From Saprolegnia diclina VS20 (lineage: Eukaryota): a DNA stretch of 59,223 nucleotides. Positions 37,584 to 48,144 of the stretch are shown here, in pieces; the first letter of the stretch is position 1; every line of letters begins with the position of its first letter. The translations under genes and the position numbers were made by a program. The stretch spans positions 305,476 to 364,698 of the forward strand of contig NW_008246075.1 in assembly GCF_000281045.1 (NCBI RefSeq), read 5' to 3'. The notes under the pieces are model-generated. The model worked only from the letters and a program-made list of their open reading frames with translations. It had not been told where the DNA came from and did no database searches.

Positions 37584-38336
37584 ATGGACGCTCTCTTCTC
37601 GACCGAGACGGTCCTCGCGGTCGCCATCGCCGTCGTGGTCATCGCGATCGTCCAACGCGTCTTCGCACCCGCGCCGCCGGCACCGACGCCTGCCGCAGCG
37701 CCGACGCCCGAGAAACCAGCGGTCGTTGCGCGCTACTTTACGCTGGACGAGCTGCGCCCGTTCAACGGCGAGGACGGCAAGCCCATCTACGTGGCGATCA
37801 AGGGCGACGTGTACGACGTGAGTACGAAGGCCGACTTTTATGGCCCTGGCGCCGGCTACCACCTCTTTGCGGGCCGCGAGACGGCGCGCGCGCTGGCCAA
37901 GATGTCATTCGAGGCCGCGGACCTCGACAACACGGACATCTCGGAGCTCAACTTTATGGAGAAGGAGGTGCTGAACGACTGGATCGTCAAGTTCCGTGAC
38001 TTCAACTCGTACCCGATCGTCGGCCGCGTGCTTGCGCAGAAGGACATGACGCGCGACGAGCTCGCCACGTACACGAACATGCCCATCTACGTGGCGCTCA
38101 AGGGTAAGATCTACGACGTGACGATCGGCGGCGCCGACCACTATGGTCCCAACGGCGGCTACAAGCTCTTTGCGGGCAAGGACGCGTCGCGCGCACTCGC
38201 GCTCATGTCGTTTGATGCGGTCAACCTCGAGAACCCGCACATTGACGACCTCAACGAGACGCAGACCAAGACGCTCAACGACTGGGAAGCCAAGTTTGCT
38301 GCCAAGTACGGCGTCGTGGGCAAGCTCCTGCCGTAG
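37584..38336 (+). CDS. Membrane steroid/heme-binding (MAPR-type) protein with two cytochrome-b5-like domains
   Basis: N-terminal TM, then two copies of IYVA.KG..YDV....YGP..GY.LFAG....RALA.MSF...L......L...E/Q...LNDW..KF...Y..VG; intronless. Confidence 0.92.
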   Translation: MDALFSTETVLAVAIAVVVIAIVQRVFAPAPPAPTPAAAPTPEKPAVVARYFTLDELRPFNGEDGKPIYVAIKGDVYDVSTKADFYGPGAGYHLFAGRETARALAKMSFEAADLDNTDISELNFMEKEVLNDWIVKFRDFNSYPIVGRVLAQKDMTRDELATYTNMPIYVALKGKIYDVTIGGADHYGPNGGYKLFAGKDASRALALMSFDAVNLENPHIDDLNETQTKTLNDWEAKFAAKYGVVGKLLP

Positions 38337-38497
38337 ACTCGTCGTCCCCAGTACCATGTAGTAAATTGGAGTCTCGTTCCAGCAGGAACCTCCTTGCCCG
38401 AGCCAAGGTGTGCGAGGGATTAGGCTGAAAGAGGTGTATATACGATATAGGCTAGAGCTAGTAGAGACCCTATGCAAGCAGAGTGCCGGCGCGCTTC

Positions 38498-41400
38498 TTA
38501 GAGGATCCCGAGGCAGCAGTACTGGTACTTGTCGTACCACCGCGTGCGCCAGTTGTTGAGCGACTGGTCCACGAGGTCGTTGGCAAACTCCTACATTTTA
38601 TCTATCAAGATATCAAGCAGAATAGTCAAGTACCTGGCACGCAATCTTGCCGAGGCCCGGGTTGAGGCGGTCCCGGAGACCGTCGATCGTCGCCTTCTTC
38701 CCGCCCGAGAAGCACGGGAGGCGCAGCTCGGCTTGGTCGTTCACGAGCATCATCTCGACAAGCAGCACGAGCTTGTCCGTCGACGCGTGCAGCGCCCAGT
38801 ACGCCTTGACGCAGAGCGATCGAAAGTACCGAAACGTGCTACTGCGCGGGCCGCCCTACACCATGTCCCATGAGCGTCGTTCACACACGCCAACCTACCA
38901 TGAGCTCGACAAATTCGTCCGTGAGCTTGAACGGCGCGCGTTCAAAGTTGAAGTTGTTGCCCGGGCTGTTGGTAAACAAAAAGCCAAAGTCGATGTGGAT
39001 CACGTGCCCGTCGGCGTCGACGAGGATGTTGCCGTTGTGCCGGTCCTTGATCTGGAACACGTAGCACACCATCGAGTAGGCCGCAAGGCTCTCGACAAAG
39101 TTGCGTCGCGCGCGCTTGAAGCGGCTCGAGTCGGGCGGGCCAAAGTAGCGTACATAAAAGTCCCTACGCCAACAACATTCAGAACCCTAGCCCGACATCG
39201 ACTCGAAATTTGATACAAGAGGGTGGTGTAGTCCGGGTCGTTCTTCTTGAGCGAGTCGAGCGAGACCGTATCGGGCACCGCTTCGATAAAGCCGCTCGTC
39301 GCCGACGTCGCAATCACGTCGTACGGTCTACACGATGCAGACTCGGTGAAAGCAATAAGAAAAAAGAGGCGGACCGCAGTGTGAGTGGAATGTTGGCGTC
39401 GACAAACACCTTGTGGCATTGCTGGATGAGCTGTGCGGCAAACTGCTCTTGGCGCAGATCGTCGTTGCTCTTGACAATGACCGGGATGAGCCGCCAGCCC
39501 GGGAGGTGGCCGTACGGCGACGATGCCCGCAGCCGGTCTTCCTTTTCGCTCCAGCGCTCGCGAAAGACGATTACAGGCTTGGACTGGTTGGCATTCCAGC
39601 CGCCGTCGCCGTTCACACGCTCGTCGCGCTCAATCTTGTCGGCAAAGTCGCCGTCTTCCCAGTCCGAGTCGCTGCTCGGGGACCCGAGGGGTGGCACGTC
39701 GATGGTCGGTGGTGCGGACGGCGTCTTCTCTTCCTCCTCGTCGTGTTCATCGACCACGTCGACCGCTGGCTTCTTGCCGCCCTTGGTACTGTATGCACAC
39801 GTGAGGATGAAGCTACAGGTTATTGCGTCGTACCGCGCGAGCTTCTTGGAGCTTTTTTTGCCGCTGCGACGGTGCGCCCACTGCCCCATCGTTTTCTAGG
39901 TGTCAGTACTGACTATGAGACATGTCGACTGACATAAGATGAGGAATACTACCTTGTTGTCGTCGTTTTCGTCGTCGGCGTCGTCGCCTTGGTCCGAGTC
40001 CGAGTCGGAATGCCTACACCAGCCATAGTATTTGTTTCGACTAGATGCGATAGTACCCTTCTTTGATGCTGACCGAGATGCTCTTCTTGAGCGACTCGAC
40101 GATGAACGTCTTGTGCTTGATGGGCTCGGCGTCTTCGTGTTGCTGGGGAAACATGGCGACCGTCGACATGGGCGACTTTGCTGCCGCCGGCGTGTGGCCC
40201 GTAGCGACCGCCGTGTAGGGCTTGTCACCCTTCTTCTGTTTCTTTGTGGTCGTCGTCTTGGCCAGCTTGGTGCTATCGGCCTCGTCGGCCGTCGACAGCA
40301 CCTCGTCACGCTCCGAGGCGGATGACGACGACGACGCATTGTCGGCCATGGCGACCGTCACGCGCTTGTTGAACGGAAGGTTCATCGTGTAGCGGAAGCC
40401 GTCGGCACCGGACCGAGACGACTTGCGGCGGCGCGAGCGCTTCCGCGGCTTGGACCGGGGCGACGCGTAGTCGACGACCTCGACGCACATGAGGTATGGC
40501 ACGCGCTCCTTGGTCGAGAAGGCAAACGACTCGTCGGTTATGATGCGCTTGACACGGTGAAAGGTGTCGCCGATCGGCAGGTACACGACCGAGGACGGCA
40601 AAAGCGCCGCTTCAATCTACGCAGTTTTCGATATGCTGGTACAGTCGGGATCAAGCACGTACCTCGGCGAGTCCTTGGCGCAAGTTGGCCTTGCGATCGG
40701 CCAGCGGCAGTGGAATGAGCCGGTCCGCGAGGTCGGTGAGCGCCTTGACAAATTGCGGCGTGCCCAGATACTATCGTCCGACGTGCCCATGAGATGCTGA
40801 GCCTGGTTAGCGAGCGTGTTACCAGTTGCAGTTGGTCGCGGCAGCCAATCGCGGCTTCTGCCTGCTCGAGCTCGTGCAGACGTGTCGCCATGTCCTTGGT
40901 CACCTCCGGCGCTGTCAAGTCAAGCGACGCTTCGGTCGACGACGGCAGCTTAAGTTCGTCTTCGGACGTCGGCGGACGCTTCTCGATTGCAGGCGTCGGG
41001 GCCACCGCGACTTCTTCGGCGGTCAAGCCGAGGCTAAAGAGCTTGGCGGGCACGCCGCCTTCCATCTCGATGGCCGACAGAAACGGCGCGTTCTCGGCCG
41101 ATGGCTGTTCGATGGTAGCGCTAGACATGGTTGTATGAGCTGAAGAGAGCGCAGTACATATTGGTGCAGTACCTCAAGCCTTCCGAGGCGTACGAGACGC
41201 CGTTGGCGCAGAACGACTCAAGGAACCAGTGCAGTCGGTGGGCAAACGCAAGCGATCGGCGGCACTGTGAGAGAAGGAAGAACTCGAGCTGGTGCTTCTT
41301 CTCGTATTGGCCATGGAGGAGGAACGTGCAGAGCTGCGGAATGTAAAACTCGACCTGCAACGCGCTCAGTGGCCAAGAAACGGGTGAGGCCGGTCCGTAC

Positions 41401-41655
41401 CTTTTGCGCGTCGTCGTCGTAGCACGTGTAGAGCTGCTCGACGACGTGCTTGTGGGCGTAGAGCTGCAAGAGCACGTGGAAGATGTTGGCCGGGCCGTCG
41501 TCCTGCTTGGCGTAGATCATGTCGACGACGTCCTTGAGCTTCTCGTCCCAGAAGCGCTTGAACTTCTCGACGCGGTCGACGTCGTCGTCGCTCTCGGTCG
41601 AGTTGCCGTTGACCTTGGTCCGATGGCCGCCACCGGCGCAGCAGAAGACGCCCAT
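38498..41655 (-). CDS. Phosphatidylinositol 4-kinase III-beta (PIK1-like), multi-exon
   Basis: VEFYIPQLC...FAHRLHW; YLPI...[51 protein letters not shown]...[24 protein letters not shown]. Confidence 0.95.
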
Positions 41656-42279
41656 GCCACTGCTGGTACCGCCCGAAGTTCGATTGCGGTTGATTTAATT
41701 CGAATTTTCTTCTCCGTACAATCCGGCGCTCTTTTAATACCCCATATTTTATATACACTTATTGTTTGTATGAAGACATGCATTTAATTTATATCATGGA
41801 CCTCCGGGTAGACACCATGCGGTCCGACGAGTGCAGTTGTTTGCTGGAAAGGAACGCACTCGGCTGTGCAATAAGAAAAAACATTCATTCAACATACAAA
41901 TATCAAGTATATATATTAAAAATACAAGCCCGACCAGTTCTGTGCTGACCGTTTCGTAGGCTTACAAACGCCACGTCACAACTTGGGTCAGCCATTATCT
42001 GACCTACTTTAGATCTCAAGGCCCATAGAGGGTCCCAAGAGCGAGCTGGCGAGGGCGGCAGCTACATACTGCAGTGCTAGATAGGTACCTTGCGCTACGT
42101 CTGCAAAGAGCACGCGCGATAGCGTCGTCGTGGGACGTGCCAAGGACGTAACGAGGCCGATTGGGTGAATAAGCAAAGAGATGGTCGTGATTGATCCGGA
42201 ATCCGGATAAGCGTCACAGAGGGACTTCACGCACTGCGCTCAGTCGGAATCCTCCAGCATCAGCCGCACACGCCTCATC

Positions 42280-42726
42280 ATGGCCGAGATCGCATCGATC
42301 GTCAACCTCGTCAACGAATATGCATTCCTCTTCGGGAAGAGCAACGGCAGCTCGACGCAGCTGCTCGAGCTCTTCACGCCCGACGCGACGCTCTCGGACG
42401 ACTTTGCCGGCGAGGCCAACGGCCACGACGAGATCCGCGCGGCCCTCGAGACGCTCTTTGAGCTCGAGTTCCTCTCGGAGACGAGTCACATTCCGCAGGG
42501 CCACCACGTGATCTTCGAGTCGGACAACGCGGCCAAGGTCACGTCGTACACGGTCATGTTTTGGAAGTGCAACCCGTCCATGATTGTGCGGTGGACCGAC
42601 AAGGTCGTCAAGACCGAGCAAGGCTGGCGCTTTGCCGCGCGCACGTCGGAAGCGATTCAGAAGAACCTCGAGCACCTTGGCGAAATGCAGCTCCGCGGCA
42701 AGAAGAGCTATGCGTCCCATGAATAA
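42280..42726 (+). CDS. SnoaL-like / NTF2-fold protein
   Basis: 148-aa intronless ORF with LFTPDA...GHDEI...H......D.VVKTEQGWRFAAR, the SnoaL_4-type pattern. Confidence 0.8.
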   Translation: MAEIASIVNLVNEYAFLFGKSNGSSTQLLELFTPDATLSDDFAGEANGHDEIRAALETLFELEFLSETSHIPQGHHVIFESDNAAKVTSYTVMFWKCNPSMIVRWTDKVVKTEQGWRFAARTSEAIQKNLEHLGEMQLRGKKSYASHE

Positions 42727-43187
42727 GCCAGTGTTTCCAAGTCGCTAATGAACGTTTTTGATTGCATTTATCGTGGTGTTGGCATGGCTTGGGCGGAGGC
42801 GCCGAGAAGCAACTTGCTTGCGCTGGACGCGCGACGCCATTACATGGCATGCGCAACGCTGTGAGTGCCACGCACGGTACATGCAGATCCATCTATGCAA
42901 CGCAGCCGCGATCCTACGGCCTGCGACGTGGACCTGATCACGTCTCTGAGGCGCTTGTCCTCGCGGCGCCTTGTCGCGTACCTTGTCGTCGAGGTCGTCG
43001 TCGCGTCGGTCGCTCCGCTTGCGTGGCAGGCTCGTGGCGGCCGATCTTTGTGCCACGAATGCGAGTTTTGTCCAATCACAAAATGTTTCAATGGTCCAAT
43101 CCAAAGCACGCGTGGTGTTGACATTTTGACCAATGGCCTTGCAGTAGCCCGTCGCTTCCGTTTTCGCCCAGAGCAAGGAAGAGCAGC

Positions 43188-44071
43188 ATGTCGAGTCTGG
43201 CCGCGGCCCGCGCCGACAACTTCTACTACCCGCCGGGATGGCGGCCCGAGATGGGCGGTATCAACAAGTTCCAGAAGTCGCACCCGCTCGGGAAGCGGGC
43301 CAAGGACATCAAGGACGGAATCCTCGTCGTCCGCTTCGAGATGCCGTTTGACGTCTGGTGCACGCACTGCGAGACGCACATTGGTACGACGCCGCTACCC
43401 GGCCTCGCATCGGCTCATGTCATATAGGGCGTGGCGTGCGCTACAATGCCAAGAAGACCAAAGTGGGCATGTATCACTCGACGATCTTGTACGAGTTTGC
43501 GCTCAAGTGCGCGACGTGCCAGGGCATCATGCTTGTCCAGAACGACCCGCAGGCCTGTGGCTACAAGCTTGTATCTGGCATTCGCAAGAAGACGCAGGTC
43601 GACGATATTCCGATCGGGTCGCACGACGACGAGACAATTGAGGCGTTGAACGCGCCCGAGGTCGGGATCGCGATGGCCGCCGACCCTTTCTTCAAGCTCG
43701 AGCACGACAAGAAAGACCGGACCGTGGCCAAGAAGCGTGCCGTGGGACTCGAGAGCCTCCTTGCACTCAACGACAAGGTGTCGGACCAGTACCAGTCGAA
43801 CGCGAACCTCCGCGCCAGTTTTCGCGCCGAGAAGAAGGTGCTGAAGCGCAAGGCCGACGAAGCCCGCCGACTCAACGTGTCGATTCCGCTCGTGGACGTG
43901 CATATCGACGACGTTGTGGCTGCCAAGACGGCAATCTTTACAAACTTGAGTAAGCGCGCCAAGACGACAGTCACCACCGCGCGGCGCCCGGCCACGAAGG
44001 ACCCGTTCGCCAACTTTGGAGGGTCGTCGAGCTTGCCACGTCACTCGACGTCAGTTGTCCGACGTCGGTAA
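43188..44071 (+). CDS. CCDC130: CCDC130 / YJU2B (CWC16-family) splicing factor
   Basis: MSSLAAARADNFYYPP...HPLG.RA...GILVVRFEMPFDVWCTHC..HI|GRGVRYNAKK...C..C...NDP...Y; DPFFKLEH; one intron. Confidence 0.92.
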
Positions 44072-44087
44072 GACGGCGATGCAAAGC

Positions 44088-44492
44088 NNNNNNNNNNNNN
44101 NNNNNNNNNNNNNNNNNNNNNNNNNNNNNNNNNNNNNNNNNNNNNNNNNNNNNNNNNNNNNNNNNNNNNNNNNNNNNNNNNNNNNNNNNNNNNNNNNNNN
44201 NNNNNNNNNNNNNNNNNNNNNNNNNNNNNNNNNNNNNNNNNNNNNNNNNNNNNNNNNNNNNNNNNNNNNNNNNNNNNNNNNNNNNNNNNNNNNNNNNNNN
44301 NNNNNNNNNNNNNNNNNNNNNNNNNNNNNNNNNNNNNNNNNNNNNNNNNNNNNNNNNNNNNNNNNNNNNNNNNNNNNNNNNNNNNNNNNNNNNNNNNNNN
44401 NNNNNNNNNNNNNNNNNNNNNNNNNNNNNNNNNNNNNNNNNNNNNNNNNNNNNNNNNNNNNNNNNNNNNNNNNNNNNNNNNNNNNNNNNNNN
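44088..44492. other. Assembly gap (run of N)
   Basis: 405 N characters. Confidence 1.
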
Positions 44493-44758
44493 CGATCCGC
44501 AAGGACGACGAGGTCACGATCGTCCGAGGCTCGTTCACGAACCGTGAGGGCCGCGTGACGCAGTGCTATCGCAAGAAGTTTGTCATCCACGCCGAGCGTG
44601 TCGTGACAGAAAAGGTCAACGGCGCCGCGGTCCCCGTGGGTATCCACCCGTCTAAGGTCGTCATTACCAAGCTCTAGCTCGATAAGGACCGCAAGAAGAT
44701 CCTCGAGCGCAAAGGCAAGTTCACCGAGGCCGATGTCGCGATGGCCAACGTCGACTAA
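44493..44758 (+). pseudogene. RPL26: 60S ribosomal protein L26 (uL24), 3' part, with an in-frame TAG: pseudogene or gap-edge sequencing error
   Basis: [13 protein letters not shown]...[17 protein letters not shown]...[35 protein letters not shown] at 44675-44677 replaces the conserved Lys. Confidence 0.75.
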
Positions 44759-44914
44759 GGCGTCATCAGCTGAACGTACTACTGCGCCCGCGACGCTGTT
44801 AACTTTACTGCATGCGATTGCCCTATCTTCTTGCTCTGCCATCTACGCACGAGACGCGTACATCCGTCGATGCGAGCATCTCGCACTTGGATCTTGAACC
44901 GACGCAAGCGTCGC

Positions 44915-47900
44915 ATGGAGCCACCGTGGCGCGACAAGTACGAGCGGCTCGGCGAAGAGCACCGGCAGCTCAAGCGACACATGCACGAGCTCAAGCTTGA
45001 GCTCAAGCGGTAGGTGTCGATGACATACAGACAACGAGCGCGATGCGCCATGTAGAACGACGACCAAGCTTCGGGCCAAACCCGACGCGCGGGCAGCAGG
45101 GCCCCAAGGTACGACTACAGTCGCGAGAGAGAGACGCGAGCTCGCGTAGCCTACGTCCAGTCACTCGAGCACGAGAAGGCCGCGCTCACCACCCGCGTGC
45201 GCAGCCTCGAGTTGCGGCTCACAAATGTACCTGCAGTCTTCTCCTCAACCATTGACTGTCGTCGTCTAGCTGCCAGGGGGCGCACCCGCAAAGCACATCG
45301 CGACTGTCAAGCGCAAGCAGTCGGCGACTCAAACCGAGGGCGAGACCACGACCGTTGAGAACAACGCACCGCAAATGGCGCTCGTCGACGCCCTCCGTAG
45401 CCGCTTGACCGAGCTCGCCGCCAACCTCGCCCGCCTCGGCCAGGAAAATGCGCTGTTACAAGACGCCAACGAGAAGCTCCAAGACGCCGCCTCCACGATG
45501 CCGTCCGAACTCGTTGATCGGAGCGCGCTGCTACAAGCGCAGTCGGAAACCACCAGAGCCCGCTTCGACCTCGGTCTTGTCTCTGTACGTGTTCGGCTAC
45601 CTCGTACCGTTGGTGCTGAACATTTGCACTAGTCCAAGCTGGCAGATGCGCAAATGCAGCTCCAGGCCCAAGCGACCGTGCAAGCGCAGACGCTAACACA
45701 GCTCGACGCGCTCTTGTCAGCCAACACCACGGCGCAAGCCGAGTGTGCGCGGCTCCGCCACGTGGAAGCGGACGCGAACACCAAAGACGCGACCATTCAG
45801 CACCTACGCGAAGTACACGCCAATGCGATAGCCTAGGATACTAAATAAGATCGTGTAGGACGTGTGTCAACTGCGAAATGAAAGTTTGCAGCTGCATGCT
45901 CTTGTCGGCTCTCTCTCGTCGACGCCGTTCGGACACGACTCGATCCGCTCCAACATCGACCGGCTCATGCTTCAGACCAAGGACCTCGAAGAGCAAAACA
46001 CGCTCTTAGACGCCGAGGTCGCCAACGAGCGCCAGCGGTCGCGACACCTCGATGCGACGGTCCAGACGCTCAAGCACCAAGTGGTCGAGCTCCAAAAGCA
46101 GCTTCAGACGCAAGCGGACGCCGAAGCTAGTTTGCGCACCGAGCTCGCGGAGCGGTCCTTGGCATTCGAGGCGCTGTCGTTTCAAGTTGGCGTTCTCCGG
46201 GCCCCGACCACAAGCGCGGTCTTTACGTCGGCGCTTGCGATTGCAACCAAGCAGCGCTGCCACCCGAGCAACACACCCTTCCTTCTCGACACTGCCTCGG
46301 CCAGGTTTGGAATGCAATGGATCGAGATGGAGAGGTGACGCTGTGTAGTTCAATCGAGCATCTCGAAGCCAAGCTCGCGCGCTTGACGGACGCGAGTGCG
46401 CCGACGTTTCGTGACGTAGCGCGCCTGCAGCAAGTCGCCAACACGTACAAGGAGCTCAACGCCGACTTGGAGATGCAGCTTGCGACCCAGCGCCGCCAGT
46501 TTGAGATTGAGTTGCAGCATCTCCAAAGCGACCTCGCCGACGCCCAGCGGGCCCTTCTCGCACGGACGCGGTCTGGACGACCCATGGCGCCTGCCGCCAT
46601 TCCTACGCCACAGGCACCAGCGCTATCAGACGTTGAAGATACCAACGAGCTGCGCATCGCACTCGATCAGCTCGATTGTATGCTCGGCGCCACACCACAT
46701 GTGCTTGTCCTCGACTACGGCGCGTTCGAGTCGCAAGTCTCACCGCGACTTCAGGACGAGAGCCCGCTGGCGTTTGCCACATCATTTGCAGTTGTCGTCG
46801 ACGCCGCCTTTTTCGCAGCGTCGTACGTGCGTCTGGAGCTGCACGCGCTCACGACGCACGTCCCGACGCTCACAGCGGTGGCGACGCTCTCCCTCGAGCC
46901 GCTCTTCGCTTCGATTACTGGTCGGCTCGAGGTACTGGTGCACCTTATGGACCCGCGTCTGGGTACGCACGTGGCCTCGCTGCGCGCAGCGGTGACTCTA
47001 GCCTCGCCCGTGTCCGCGCGCTACGGCAACGAGGTGGTGTCGCCATCTTGCATGGACATGCCGCCGTCGGATACGAGCCCGCAGACGACAGCGGTCGAGA
47101 TCTCCTTGGTCTCGCTGTTTGCCGACCCGGTGGCATTTGCCGTGTGCGGGATGTTGGATGCGTCGACGCTCTCGCTCGAGTATAGCTTCTTTGGCTACTT
47201 AGCTATCCGCACGCCACTGGTGCTACCTGCATCCGGCTCGTTTCACGTCCTATCGGGCTCAACGCAGCGGCACTTTACGCTCCACGGCGCCAGCACCGAC
47301 GCCCGGCTCCAAACCTATGCGCTCCACGTCTCGCTGCTACAAGACAATGTGTACATGGCAACCGCAACCATTCCGCTGCGCTCGCTGGTGCTGACGTCCA
47401 GCGGCACCAAACGCCATGGCCACCGGTCGCGACTGCTCGGGTCGTTCGCACTCGTGCGCCACGACGATGGCCACGTTCTCGGCCGCCTTGGCGTCGCAGT
47501 GACGCGCACGACGTCGATATGCCCGCGCGCAATGACGTGGCAGCCTGCGTGGTGGGCGACGCTGTGCCTCCAGTTTCAATCGGGTGCGATCGACATTGAT
47601 GTCGCGGGCTTCCTCGTCGTCGTTCACGGCGGTGTCTGCTTTCAGACGCAGCGCAACCGAATGTGGGCCATGCGGCGTGGCGGGACGATGACCGAGACGA
47701 GCGAAGCTACGGCGTACATTGCTAGCTTTCCCGACGCAGCCCAAGATGTTGTGCGCCGGCTTTTGTTTGTGGTGCAGTGGTCGCCCGCGTGGCTAGCGAT
47801 CGAAGACGATGTGCTTTCGTACTGGCGCTTGAAGCACCATCGACTGGACGCACTGCTTCCATCACCATCAACGACTACCATGCCGTCCAAGTCGTTTCAG

Positions 47901-47927
47901 GAAACGCTCGAGCACGCCATGTACTAG
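44915..47927 (+). CDS. Divergent RPGRIP1/RPGRIP1L (fantom)-like coiled-coil + C2-domain ciliary protein, multi-exon
   Basis: N-terminal WRDKYERLGEEHRQLKRH and long coiled-coil exons, then LDYGAFESQVSP...FATSFAVVVDAAF...VRLELH...A...L..L...L..PV, resembling the first C2 domain of RPGRIP1; a second C2-like beta region follows. Confidence 0.6.
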
Positions 47928-48144
47928 TTACACTGCAGCAACGCTTCTCCGACAACGAATAGACTTGTGCTCCACGTTGGGACGTGTACTGTCGACTCCT
48001 TTTGCATCCAATACAGAATCTCACTTGGACCCGAAGGGGTTATATATACTTGACAAGTCAACAACCGCATCGGTTGCTGCTCAAATCGTGAAACGCCGAC
48101 GCTCGACGATCGCCCCACTCGTCGATCGAATTCGATAATCGAGC

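Noticed and set aside
44016..44842. ORFs spanning the N run
   Set aside because: Artefacts of the assembly gap.
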